This document shows, piece by piece, positions 14,118-27,368 of a stretch of 64,000 nt of DNA (positions are counted from its first letter, which is position 1; each line of letters opens with the position of its first letter). Location: the NCBI GenBank assembly GCA_964016885.1, contig OZ024741.1, forward strand, positions 289,292,001 to 289,356,000, given 5' to 3'. This DNA is from Eledone cirrhosa (taxonomy: Eukaryota). A program made the position numbers and the translations under genes. The notes beneath the pieces are model-generated. The model was given only the letters and a program-made list of their open reading frames with translations. It had not been told where the DNA came from and did not search any database.

Positions 14118-14517
14118 AAAGTTCTATTTAAAGTTGTTGGGATGCAACAAGTAAATATTTTTATAACTGATATAAAGCACTCGGCAAGTTTTGGGAGTAG
14201 ATATACGATATTAATAAATGGAAACTATATTTATAAAACCATATTTATTTCATTATACATATTTCAGGGATACCATATAAAATTATGGTATGCCTTCAAC
14301 AGACAAAATACAATATATAACAGTTTTATAAATAGCTTTGACGTACCCTCCGAAAGTAATGGTTGTATTTTAAAAGGGTACGTCAAAGCTATTTATAAAA
14401 CTGTTATATATTGTATTTTGTCTGATGAAGGCATACCATAATTTAATATGGTATCCCTGAAATATGTATAATGAAATAAATATGGTTTTATAAATATAGT
14501 TTCCATTTATTAATATC

Positions 14518-14520
<3 letters not shown>
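14115..14520. mobile_element. Family A element with internal inverted duplication; hammerheads at 14414-14478 (+, intact core) and 14246-14310 (-, CTGTTGA)
   Basis: Arms about 14201-14349 and 14375-14522 are reverse complements; + copy reads TATTTTGT-CTGATGA-AGGCATACCATA..TATGGTATCCCT-GAAA-TATGTA-TA-ATGAAATA. Confidence 0.8.
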
Positions 14521-14611
<91 letters not shown>

Positions 14612-14729
14612 ATGTATATATATATATATATATATATCGATCGACTTTCGTCAAATCGGACCGAGGAAATAATGTTTTCGTCTGTCTTTCCAGTTGCGAG
14701 TACTATCTATCGGTTGCAACTCCAGGTAG

Positions 14730-14802
14730 AAGGAGCAACGTGAAATAAAGTGTCTTGCTCAAGGACATAACGTATGACCCGGTCCAGGAATCGAATTCAC
14801 AA
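14730..14802 (-). mobile_element. Fragment of a second tRNA-derived (CORE/V-like) SINE
   Basis: Minus strand GAATTCGATTCCTGG..GTCCTTGAGCAAGACACTTTA. Confidence 0.55.
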
Positions 14803-15072
14803 GGCTCCAGTTCGGGAGTTCAGGAGCTGTGGGGTATGTGGAGTTACCCCTTAGTTGTCATAACTCCCAGGGTCTGCTCTGGCTCGGAGTAGTATTAGTA
14901 CCAGTTGGGGCCCCATTTATGGGTTAAATAATTACCTTATTCGAGTGGCGTCGGTAAGGTATCAACAGCCATTGAAAAGAACACAGAGATATATACCCTG
15001 CCTGTACATCGATTGCTCATATTGGTACCACCGCAAGATATTCACTGAAACACATACATTACATATACATAG

Positions 15073-15154
<82 letters not shown>

Positions 15155-15587
15155 ATGGTCGATCGAGTGTATATGTGTGTGAATGTCTGTGTGTGCCTTT
15201 ACACAGTGAGTTGCCGAGTGAGATAGAGTGTAGAGAAGCTAGAGGGTGAGAGTTATAAAAACACACGGTGTTCCTATTACAGGCCACCTGCTATAGATCA
15301 GCAGGCTTGTGTCTCACATGTGCTTACCGCTTGCTTCAGAAAGTGAATATAATTAATTATTTCACTTACGTACACTTAATTAATTCAAATGCTCTATGGT
15401 GTGTTAGATAATTTTAACTCGCTAAGTAATTACCAAATCTAGACCACCAGAGGATATAGTTTAGATATTATCCTATAATATATACATATTGGTATGCGTG
15501 TGTGTGTGTATGTGTGTGTATGTGTGTTTCTCTCTGTCTGTGTGTGTATATATATATATATGTATATATATAATTATATATACCTAT

Positions 15588-15692
<105 letters not shown>

Positions 15693-15914
15693 AACATATG
15701 CATGTATGTGTGAGGATACAGAAGTAGAGAAGGGGGAGCGAGAGTGGGAAAGAGAGAAAGAGAGAGGGGTATAGAGAGAGGGGGAGAAAGAGTAAGAGAG
15801 ACCAATGTAAACAAGTTTATAATAATGCGTACGTTATATATTCCATCGTGGTTACAAGTTTCCTGTTTTGTCTTTGAAACATTTATCAGATCACTGCTTC
15901 ATCGTCTTGATACA

Positions 15915-16523
15915 TCCATGGCGGCTGCCAACTCGTTTTCGAGTATGGCCACTACTTTATATCCATATAGGAGAGCCCCTACCATTGCGCTGAACGAGTG
16001 TGACTTTTTAGTCCAGCCACCGACTTGAAAACTCTGGTACAAACACTACACTTGTGACAATTATTGACACATAGTGCTAGGCCCATGGTACCATGTGACG
16101 ACAAGTGCAGAGAGATCTCCAGATATAAAGCAATGCCTGTGCCGTGAAGCTTTTATAGTGAGCAAAGGCACTGCACAAAGCCAGTCCCACTCTCTTAACC
16201 AAGATGATATTTACCAAAAAGAAGAACAAGTCAACATCATTGCATACCATCAGGGTTGCAGGTGTTATATCAGAGTTTTCCTTCTCCTAGAATTCTGCCT
16301 TGACAAAGGCTAAGGGGTCATCTCTCCCGGTGATTTTGGATGGCCATTGACTCTTAAGAGCTCCTTTGCCCTTTGACAGGTTTTGTTTTTAGTCCTGCAG
16401 GATGTCCAAAGTCACCTTCCTCATCAAGAAACCTTGGTGGGGTTGCCAGTTTAATCGCCAACGACCCGACCATGAGACAGGTTGTACTGGGATACATGTT
16501 ACCAGTAGCACCAACTGGTGACC
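15915..16523 (-). mobile_element. Internally deleted RTE-clade element (5' UTR plus C-terminal zinc finger and 3' UTR)
   Basis: RTE-type 5' UTR motif TTCTAGGAGAAGGAAAACTCTGATATAACACC; minus-strand peptide HKCSVCTRVFKSVAGLKSHTR; 3' motif GCCATACTCGA shared with 33610-33960. Confidence 0.6.
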
Positions 16524-17084
16524 TGACATACATACATACATACATACATACAACATACACATATATATACTTGCATGCATCATACAAACATACATAGATA
16601 CACGTATACATACACATATACACACACACACTTACATACGTACGTAGGTACATACATACATACATACATACATGCATACATACATACATACATACATACA
16701 TACATACATACATACATACACACATACATACATACTTGCTTCTCATAATCTGAGCACCAAAAAGGGAATTTCGGTCGCAGTTGATAGAAGTTTGTTTTCG
16801 AACTCAGCATATTCAGAAGACAACATTATATTTGAAAGTTTAAACTTCATGTAGGGTGCCCCCCCCCCCCCCCCATTCAGTTCTGCCTCTACTTGTTTTA
16901 ATGCAGAATTTAGTTCCAGTTTCTCATATGTAACCAATGTATTGAATGGATATTCAGTCGACACTTAACATGAAACACACAATGCTAGGTTTATGTAGAC
17001 ACATACAAACATATATGCATAGTGGGATTGATTGGAAGTGTTTAAATACGGAAACTCTATAGATAATGAACACAACCATACGGA

Positions 17085-17308
17085 TATGGTCCGAACGTGG
17101 AAGAGCCGAACTACCACTGTCATCGCCTCCATCTCTTTCGCCCTCTCCATCTCTCTATATGGTGAGCAAATGGGGTCCCACGCGCTGGCCTCCCCACAGC
17201 CCCGGCGGACAGAATGGAGAAGGCGTTTCCCCGGAGGATGGTAAGGAAGATGTGCTGGAAGAGTCATTCCAACTCGTGAGGCTCACAGCTGCGGCTGGCC
17301 AGCTCACG
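17085..17308 (-). mobile_element. CRE-like element 3' fragment (copy 2)
   Basis: Reverse complement aligns to about 645-870. Confidence 0.8.
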
Positions 17309-17833
17309 CTGAGTAGACCTAATAACGTTGAAACATGTCCGTTGCATTCAAAACGTTAGCTAATTGATTAGGTGTAGTTGTACAATATTGTTTTAAATTA
17401 TTCCAATAGATTTGGATCAGCGAGTGCTATAGGAAATTGCCGCCTTCTATCCCTTTCGTATCTCATTAAAAACACACCTCGGTAGAGCGACGGACAATGT
17501 TTCAGGGCATAGAGTTACGGCCTTTTACTTTCTGATTTCAAATCCCATCGGGATTAGCTTTACCGTTCATCCGTACAGGGTCGATCAAATAAAGAACCAG
17601 TACTGCACTGGGGTTAATTTAATCAATTTTCCCCTCTCCCACACAAGGAAGTTTCAATCTTCAAATTGCGCGGATAGCTTCCGTTGGTTTATGTTACTTC
17701 TCACCCAATTCAAAATCTATTAATTGCGATTGTATGAAGGCCCCCACCCCCACCCATATATATATATATATATATATATATCATCTACATGTGTGTGTGT
17801 GTGTATGTGTGTTTATACACACACACACACACA

Positions 17834-17907
<74 letters not shown>

Positions 17908-18020
17908 CATACACATACAGATAGAGAAAAGATTGAGGTACTTGTCAAAATAAGACATGCATCTGGTTTTAGTGAACGTATATCTGAGACATATGTCTGA
18001 TAGGACTAACAACCACGGTG

Positions 18021-18079
<59 letters not shown>

Positions 18080-18130
18080 CACTACAACTACTACTACTAC
18101 AACTACTACTACTACTACTACTACAACTAC

Positions 18131-18174
<44 letters not shown>

Positions 18175-18175
18175 A
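18021..18175. repeat. (ACT)n microsatellite
   Basis: Direct reading. Confidence 0.95.
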
Positions 18176-18232
18176 TTCCATCACAGCAACTAATAGTGAT
18201 AATGATGTTTTATGTATGTATATAAATAAATA

Positions 18233-18272
<40 letters not shown>

Positions 18273-18819
18273 TATATGTGTGTGTGTGTATGTCCGTGCG
18301 TGTGAATGTGCATGTGTATATATATGTGTGTGTGTATATGTGCATATATAAGGCAACAAGGTCACCCACTGGGTGGTCTGTTTTGCATTAGGTTCAGTCG
18401 TCGAGACATTAAGAGAGAGAGAGAGCGGGAGAGAGAGAGAGAGAGAGTGAGTGAGTGAGTGAGTGAGAGAGAGAGAGGGGGAGGGGTGGAAGCGTTTGAG
18501 GGGTGAGTTAATTAACTAATTGGTAATAACATATTGCTAAATAAAAGGCTCAGAGATAGGAGACCTCACCGTCACCCTTTGGTATATTTCTGTCTTTTAT
18601 ATGTATATATACATGTATACATATAATTTATGTGTCTGTGTGTACAGATACTTGTATACATACACGCTCACCTACTCCCCTATATATACATGGATATATT
18701 TGTAATATTATAGAATAAAAAGGCAGGAAGCAGGGCAGGTTGAATTCCTTCAAACTTTTATTTCTGCAAACACTATACACATTTCAATTCTACCCAGTGG
18801 TAAACCATCAAACGTAATG

Positions 18820-18907
<88 letters not shown>

Positions 18908-18988
18908 ATATATATATATATATATATGTATGAAATAATTAAGTCAAATATGTAAAATTTGGCTTCGTTTATTACACATTATAGATAT

Positions 18989-19047
18989 ACTGCTATATAT
19001 ATTTCGGTGACAGCCATCAAACATTGGCTGTGACCTCTTCAGGCAGT
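18989..19047 (-). ncRNA. Type I hammerhead ribozyme motif (family C)
   Basis: ACTGC-CTGAAGA-GGTCACAGCCA atgtttga TGGCTGTCACC-GAAA-TATATA-TA-GCAGT; all core nucleotides canonical; lies in a roughly 230-bp island between TA tracts. Confidence 0.85.
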
Positions 19048-19614
19048 CCGAATTGGTGTGGGAAGGACAGGTACACATGTTGTTGAAGTGCATTTTACTC
19101 CGTCAATCCATCGATATGTCCAGCTCCTGGTAGTGTTGTTATTTCTCTTAGGAACTGGAATATATATATATATATATATATATATTAGGGTGGCCCTTAT
19201 TTTTCAACTTTCTAAAAGTTTAGCTCCCACCCCCTATCTTGTTCCAATTAACAAAAAACAATCTATGCAAAAGTTAAGCTCGTGCAGACAATTGCAAGGC
19301 GACCCTCATCGACCGTGAATTTTTGAAGTTTTCGCCCGGAAAGTCATTTTTTCAGATAAAAATATTTTATCTCTTTTATAATTTTCTCTTAAATTAAAAA
19401 CTTGTACAGACATATTCTTGGTATTAGAAGGATAAGTGACAATAAATATAATGGGGAAGGCAACTTGCAAAGCTGGGGACCGAGCGCAGGTATAGGGCAA
19501 ACACCTATTTTTCGGTGTGGGAGCAGCAAAATTTTAACTTTCGGAAAATTACCTATTCCTAAGGGCCATACGTATGTGGTTGACTGCTGAGAGAAATGAG
19601 TACCCAGTATTGAG

Positions 19615-19695
<81 letters not shown>

Positions 19696-20026
19696 ATTCA
19701 AGAGTAACCAATCTTAAAGAGAGAGAGATGGAGATAGGAGAGGAGATAGGAGAGATTGGTGAATTAGTTAGAAGCCAAAGCGTAAATGCATGTGCTCAAT
19801 GTGCAATATGCAGTAGAAAGCAGGTAGGTGGCTGGGTTCATGCAGAAGTTAGGTGCGCAGAGCTGGAAATATTCATTAGTTAAGCAAAACAAGACCACCA
19901 ATTTCACAAGGAAGACATTATTAAAAGATTGTCAACATATTTTAATTTGATGTAAGGAATGTAGAGAATAATAATAATAATATTAATAATAATAATGAAA
20001 TTTGTGGTCTTGTTTTGCTTAACTAA

Positions 20027-20100
<74 letters not shown>

Positions 20101-20229
20101 TATATACATATCATATATATACATATATATATATGATATGTATATATATACTCTCCTTACTATCCTTGCTTTTATATTTTTCCTTGCTCCCCTTTTCTCA
20201 TTCTATTTGTATATAAACAAGTACATAGG

Positions 20230-20550
20230 TACAAGGAGCAAGGAGAAAAGCAGAGTAAGGAGAATAGGAGAGCAAGTAGAACAATGAGAAAAGGAGAGCA
20301 AGGAGAGCAAGGAGAGCAAGGAGAGCAAGGAGAGCAAGGAGAGCAAGGATAAAAGGGGAGCAATGAAAAAAGGAGAGCATGAATAAAAAGAGAGCGGATA
20401 GGAAGGGGAAAAGGAGAGCAACGAGAGCAACGAGAAAAGGAGAGCAAGGAAAGCAATGAGAAAAAGAGAGCAAGGAGAGCAAGGAAAGCAATGAGAAAAA
20501 GAGAGCAAGGAGAGCAAGGATAAAAGGAGAGCAAAGAAAGCAAGGAGAGG
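20230..20550. repeat. 9-bp-based purine minisatellite (GGAGAGCAA)n
   Basis: Direct reading. Confidence 0.85.
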
Positions 20551-20975
20551 TTAAAGCAAATATTGCTCAAGTTATGCTGGAAGCAGAAAATGGTGAAAAA
20601 GAGGCAGAAAAAAAAAATCAACTGAAGAGGTACATTCTGCACCAAAATGACTTTTCTTCCTTTACAAGCATCGAATTTTAGTCTTTTGTAACTCCTGGTA
20701 CAAACACTTTCTTCACGAGATTTTCTATCAGCACCGATTTCCTCGACAAAGACCCTTCAACATGGAAGGATGATCCTGGTTACAGAAGTGGGCTTGAAAA
20801 ACTTGAGAAGACAGTTGTTGTGAATGATGATGCAGAAAGAGGTGTCAAACTCATTCAGGATTACAATAACATTCTCACAAAAGATGAAACTGAGAAACTA
20901 TTTGTTTTACAGATCGTTACCGAAAACCGTAAAACATACCCAACTGCCACTAAATCCTCTCTTATGCAAAAATAA
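20550..20975 (+). pseudogene. C-terminal transposase fragment (hATm-like), frameshifted
   Basis: 20685-20975 translates FVTPGTNTFFTRF..FLDKDPSTWKDDPGY..VVVNDDAERGVKLIQDYNNILTKDE..ENRKTYP*. It has no start codon so it is missing from the ORF track. Confidence 0.75.
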
Positions 20976-21699
20976 TGTTCAATATTCAGCATTCAGTGTT
21001 CACATTATGTTTTTCATTCTATAGAAATTATTTTTGTAAATAAAAATGCGTTTCTCTTATAGAAGCTGTGCTTTATTAAGAAAACCTAATATTTTCATGT
21101 TATTTCAAGAATTTTTCAAATTAACTATTGGTAAATGTAATTCAGAACGTTTTTAAACATTTGCTGGGGTTGCCTGGATGTGTCCACATAAATTTCTCTA
21201 AGAAGAAAAAAAAAATGGTCGAGAACAGTATCCTGCTTTTGAACAGAATTAATCGTTGCGTATACTATGTCCCAAATTCAAGGCGTTTGAGGGTTGCCTA
21301 ACAGTTGTCCGATTGAGCTGCAATTTTGCAGACCTCGTCTTTTTGCTGAGTAGAACAGGATTAGGGGAGTGGGAGCTGCAACATTTTAACTTTCGGAAAA
21401 TCACCTATTGTTAAGGGCCACCCTTATATATATATGCTTAATAAATACAGATTTATGCAGAGGGTGCTGCTGTACTCCTCCAAATATAGGAATCGATATT
21501 TCATCAGGCGGGAAGTAACTCGTATGTGTTTTGCTATTCGGGCCCGCCCACCAATGCAGACGACGAAACTCCCTCACAACTGCACAATCTTAGAAAGTCT
21601 GATATTGTAATTCCGTCTTCCTCAAGGCGTCAAAACTGCTGTGAATTCGATCGTCGGATATTGTGATTCCGATCGAGACGGCTTCATCCACCTCAATGT

Positions 21700-21810
21700 G
21701 TCAGGGGTACCATTCATCTTTTCTTTCGAGCGGGATGTAGTGATTCACATTCTCAGCTGCCTCTAATAATGTCCGCGAAAGGTATTTCCTTTCCTTTGCC
21801 ACCTGTCCAA
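21700..21810 (-). pseudogene. Possible Penelope GIY-YIG C-terminal remnant
   Basis: Minus-strand peptide GQVAKERKYLSRTLLEAAENVNHYIPLERKDEW resembles the PLE 'E..Y..R...EA.EI..H...NR.DGW' tail; a hammerhead is adjacent. Confidence 0.45.
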
Positions 21811-21847
21811 GATATACAAATAGTTCATCACTCTACAGATAGGCAGT

Positions 21848-21898
21848 AAACTGTACTGATGAAGAGTAATCGCCCAGAAACATTAGTGTCTGCAGTTT
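21848..21898 (+). ncRNA. Type I hammerhead ribozyme motif (family F), stem II degenerate
   Basis: AAACTGTA-CTGATGA-agagtaatcgccca-GAAA-CA ttag TG-TC-TGCAGTTT; GUC cleavage triplet. Confidence 0.7.
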
Positions 21899-24314
21899 TG
21901 TTTACATGCTAACACAAGAGCAAGAATGATGGGGCAATTCTACTGACATGGCTTAAAGAGGGTATTTACATAATTGCAAACGAATATTATCATTAATATT
22001 CGAAAACTCAGATTACAATTATGTATACATATATATATTTAAATATATATATAAATATCTTAAATTATATCATATTTATATCAAAATATGTTATATTATA
22101 TAAAAATATATTTATATAATATACTTTATTTTATCATAATACTACAATAATATAAATATATATAGTTTAGAGCAAGTAAAAGCAGGAGACCACGGTATGC
22201 TGGAAAGGCTGCTTTTGGTATATGAATAATATGATGAGAATTAAAATGTTACTAAGCCTGAAGCCCAGAGTATTTGACTCGTATATCGTGTATCCTGATT
22301 ATGGAATAGAAACATGGTTGATAATGAAAAACACGGATCAGATGTTTCGAACAACAGAAAGAATTATGGAGAGTTACATTTAATGAAACCCTTAAAGAGA
22401 CAGAAATACTTCTTAGACAGAAATACTTCTTAGACAGAGGAGGAAAAACACTAGATATCGTAAAACATTAAAAAGACAAATGGAAGTAAACAGGGTTTGT
22501 GACAGGAAAACCTACGAGATGAAAAAAGTTGTGTAGAAATGATTAGGCTGAAACACCTTTGATCTGTTGGAACAGATCTGAACTGGATTTAAACAGTGGA
22601 ACCATTATGAAGCTCTTAGCGTAGCCTCTCCTTATTCCCTTTGTCTACTACAGGTAATGGCTGGGTCTACTTCAGCTCATGTGTGCCATATGGAAAGGGA
22701 AGGTATGCATAGTCTGCTGCAGTGTTTGATAAGCTGTTTGAAACTAGGAAAAAAATAAACCGTGTTGGTCACAGCTGGAATGCTATTAATTATTGTTCTT
22801 TTTGATCGGCTAATCAACAATAGTCAGTAATCCGGTGCTTAGTTTAATACCACCACCTTGTCATTCATTTGTACATTTAGCAAAATTCCCTCTGTTGTAA
22901 TAATTCAGACCGGCTGTTCAAACTAAATATAGCACTGTAGGTGTGTTGCTGAATCTCAGTGCTATCAGGGAGGGTGGGGGTTAACAAACCGCAGGACTGA
23001 GCTCCGCCTGTTTTAATGGCTATTTCATCGTGTTTCCTTTGTTTATCCTCCGGGGTAACGATCTTTCAATTCTATCCGGGATTATATCATTAAGGTAACG
23101 TATGTATAGTTTGTTAAAATCTGCATCTGTCGACGCCCACACACAAAGACACACACACATACCCCCCCCCCCACAATATTTACCAATATTCAAACAACAG
23201 TTGTGTCATGTTTTTTTTTCTTATTTTCTTCGTTATCAATCTTGTACTCCCTGTATAACTGTACATGGCCGCTTCTCGTATTCCTTTTGCTAAATTTTAA
23301 AACAACAGCAATTACAACTTCAAACACAACATCATCAACAACAACAATAAGCTAATTGAAAATAATAACTTGATGATGTAGCATCTGTGTACTGAAAACC
23401 GAGCTACCAACTATTGATGCCTACCGCCTAACAACTACCTTACCCCCAATCCCCATACAACATGATACAGAATATGACTGTGGTTCAGTAGTTAGCATGG
23501 CATAGCATGGCATTGTCACATAACTCCTGAGGGAGTCGTAGGGGCACCGCATTGACATACGGAGATTCAAGGGCATTTTAAATCCTGGTGGAGCCCATTC
23601 CTTTCCAGCAGATTTCTTCCAGAAAAGGACAGAAAGAGAGAGAATGGAAGTGAGAAAGATATATAGTGGAGGAATAGGCCCTAATACCTAACTGGTACTT
23701 TTTATCGACCTCAGATGGATTAAAGGCAAAGCTAACCTCGGCGAGATTTGAACACAGAACCGAAACGAATACCGCAAGGCATTATATTAGACGTTCTCCC
23801 GGCTCTTCCAATTCACCATTAATTGGTTAGCATCACTAAATATCAGATTATGTGGCTGTTTTAGATGATTAAATAAATGATGTACATTTAACGTAGAACA
23901 GATAGTTTCTGATAATCTCTATGGTAGGGAAAGCAGATTCAGATAGACAACATATATATGTGTATCCAGAGCTGAAGCCAGAATGGAAGGAAACAATGCA
24001 GTTATTAATATGAAGATTTGAAATTAATGCAGGCAATATTTCACACCTCTAGCATCACTCCTACATAGTCAGCCTATATATATATATATGTATAAATATT
24101 CCACCGGAATTCATGGGCATATAAGTTATAAATCATTTATATTTAATCGAGTCTCATGAACTTATTCTAACAGGAATATTCTGGTTAGTTTAACGAAGCG
24201 GTCGTAAGTCAATTACCTGAGTGTGTATGTGTATATTTGTGTGTGTGTATAGAGTATCAGTTTATATATATATATATATATATATAAAGAGAGAGAGAGA
24301 GAGCGAGAGAGAGA

Positions 24315-24413
<99 letters not shown>

Positions 24414-24599
24414 TGATAAAGAGACTAGAAAGTCAGACGTCTCCATCGCCATTACTTAATTCTAGGGTGCTTTTTATGAATATGAAATCCATTTTGTTCT
24501 ATCATGTCTACATTTTGATCTACAAGATATCCCACAAAATCATAGAAGATGGAATATTCTACACACATGTACACCAGTTCCGAATACAGAGCAATCAAA

Positions 24600-24860
24600 C
24601 CCCACTCGCATCACCTTCATCCCTCCCGCCTTCCCCTTCTCTCACTACTGAGAGCAAATGGGGCCCCATTCGCTGGCCGCCCCACGGCCCCGGCGGACAG
24701 AAAGAGATGAGGTTTTACCTTCTGCGCCGATGTGATGAGTAGGGAGGTTGCCCTTGGGCCAAGGACACCAAAAATCTCCACTAATACGGACTCGACTACA
24801 GACCTGTTGGAGAGCGACCGATATTTGGAGAGTTTACCCTCCTTAGCTCGAAGTGCAGAT
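24600..24860 (-). mobile_element. CRE-like element 3' fragment (copy 3, degenerate)
   Basis: Peptide EGKLSKYRSLSNRSVVESVLVEIFGVLGPRATSLL is homologous to ORF 361..798. Confidence 0.75.
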
Positions 24861-25324
24861 ATTCCACATATACTACATTCACAGAATAATGTTTCTAATC
24901 TTGTGAACATTGCATGTAGTTTATTAATGTACTAAACCGCTATTTATCATTGTTAAAATAACAATATACACAAACATTTACAGCATTGATTTCACTGTCA
25001 AGATCAGTAGGATGGAGTTGAAGTGGCTTGACACCAGCATATGTCTGCTATGATAGGGGCTGGGGGGTGGGGGGGGGGGGGGGGGGGTCGACTCGCCCTT
25101 GGTACCATGCTCCTCACTGATCTTACCGAAGTCCAAAGGAAACAGATATACGTGACTCTTTAAAAAGTGAATCTTCAAGAATATTTGGACATTCGGTGAA
25201 TCCTGATGGTCAGCTATGATTGCCTTCTAATTTGGGCTTCGGTTTTTTTCTTGAATGTTTTCTGCTGTCTTTAACAAATCACAAGCTCATCGTTCAATGT
25301 CATTCAATGAATTTCTGAACATCT

Positions 25325-26920
25325 GATTGCGAGCACCTCGCAAATCGGGGAGATCGGCACCTTATGAAGGAATACGAAAGGTTAACAGGAGCGAAGCTGA
25401 ACCGGGACAAGTCCGTCGGTTTGTAACTCGGATCGTGGAGAGGCAAACCGATGCCTTCCGACGGCGTCGTCGGACGCTGGACGGAGGGACCGGTGAAGCT
25501 GCTCGGGGTGTGGTCCGGACCGGACCTCCAGGTGGAGAAAAAACTGGAACGAGCTGACGGCCAAGGTATTTGCGCTCGCCTAGAAGTGGGCCCAGTGCAA
25601 ACTATCCTTGAAAGGTCGAGCGGAGGTGGCGAACGCTTTCATAGCGTCCGTAATCTACTACCGCTTGACCGTCGTGCCTTGTCCAAGTAAAACGCTCACC
25701 AAAATGAAGCGCGCGCTCTTCCAATTCCTTTGGAAGAAGCGGGCTCCTTTGGTGAGAAGATCCATCTGCTGTCAACACCCTTCAAACGGAGGGCTGGGGA
25801 TGCCGTGGCTGACAATGCGCAAACACGCACTCAGGTTGCGGTACCTCCACGTATTCCTCACCGAACAACCGGTGTGGGCCCCGTTCATGAGGCGAGCCTT
25901 CCCGCAACTCGTCTCGCTGACCGAGCTGCAGTCCTGGGTCTAGCAAAGACCGAGGAAAATGGGCGACTGGCACATTGAATGTGCTCAGGCGCTCACAGTC
26001 CTCTGGCAAACGGACCCGGCGATCAGTGGAGACTCCACCTCGTTATTCATTAGAGGGTTAGTCCACAGCAAGTGCGACGACACTCTCGGAGAAACTTTAG
26101 GCGTAGAGGAAGACGAACTGGCCAGTCTGTTCGGTAGGACCTTCCGCCCGGGACCAATGGACAACTTCCAAAGGTCCCTGGCCTGGCAGTGCTACCGAGG
26201 AGTTCTACCAGTTCGTGACAAGCTCTACAGACTGGGCGCCAGGGCAGGGACCCTGAAAAAAAAGATCTGTCCGAGGTGCGGGCGAGACGAAGAAACCGTC
26301 GCGCACGCATTCATACACTGCCCGGGCGTCACCGACCTATGGGGCTATGTAGAACGACTATTGTCGCGAGTGGGATCAATCCGGTTGACCACCGAGTCCA
26401 TTCATATGATCAAACCGCCACCCTCCTTCAAAAACGAAGGAGAGGCGGTTTTACTTAGTGTGATAGCTATGGCGAAAGAGGTCGTATGGTGAACAAAGTT
26501 GAAAGGGCTGCGGTCAAACACCTTTCTCTCCGGCCAACAACTGATTCTTTTTTTCAAATACCACTTTGGAAAAAGAATCAGGATGGAGAGAGAGGTGCTG
26601 TACCCCAGCAAGTTTTATGAAAGTGGGTGAAAGTGGCGAGAATGGCCCGAGTGAAAGGGCCTTCTCTCTATATCAGCCTGTAGGTTGAGGAAAAGGAGGA
26701 GGAGAGGAAAGGAGTACAAACTCTTCGTACTCCTGGAGATGAGGGTTGCACATTTTTTCGGGGGTATGTGTTACCCATATGAACTGTCTCCCCCTATTGG
26801 GGAAAATCGACTAATTTTTAAATTGCATTTGTGATAATATTTTACACGTTTTTATTGTATGTAAACTTCCCCCTTTGTATTTGTCCCCTTCTTTTGTGCC
26901 CCCGTGGCTAATAAAGAAAC
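25325..26920 (+). mobile_element. 5'-truncated, disrupted Tx1-like LINE copy
   Basis: Colinear with about 31265-32893 (KGRAEVAN..YYRLTVVPCP, CPRC..EETVAH); contains stops and frameshifts; AATAAA at 26910 then (TATC)n. Confidence 0.93.
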
Positions 26921-27045
26921 ATATCTATCTATCTTCTATCTATCTATCTATCTATCTATCTTCTATATATCTATCTTCTATCTATCTATATATCTATCTA
27001 TCTATCTATCTTCTATATATCTATCTTCTATCTATCTATCTATCA

Positions 27046-27098
<53 letters not shown>

Positions 27099-27116
27099 CT
27101 ATCTATCTATCTATCA

Positions 27117-27151
<35 letters not shown>
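26921..27151. repeat. (TATC)n microsatellite with TCTTCT interruptions joining the two LINE copies
   Basis: Direct reading. Confidence 0.95.
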
Positions 27152-27152
<1 letters not shown>

Positions 27153-27368
27153 CTGGGATGGACACACGCGTATAACTTGCTGAGTAAGTTCTGTTTAAAT
27201 TTCTATAGAAATTCTTGTCTGATAACTTTAATTTTTGTACCATTTTGTAGAGGGACTGCCAGGTCAAACTTTGATCTGGTCAGTCTCTCAAAATATTCTA
27301 CGCCTTTAGGCGAAATAGTTAAACAAAAAAAAAAAGTTTTTTCTTGTTGAAAAGTCAATATTTTTTAA

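Larger units (their letters stand above)
19187..21424 (+). mobile_element. DNA transposon remnant(s), hATm-like, with a duplicated right end (19560-19574)
   Basis: TIR AGGGTGGCCCTTA / TAAGGGCCACCCT; right subterminal GTGGGAGC..TTTAACTTTCGGAAAAT..CCTATT present twice. Confidence 0.7.

Noticed and set aside
16430-16523. HDV-like ribozyme at the RTE 5' end
   Set aside because: I could not assign P1 and P2 pairings by eye; a descriptor search is needed.
22190-22480. Degenerate RTE RT-tail (YGIETW-like)
   Set aside because: Heavily decayed; plausible but not supportable by eye.
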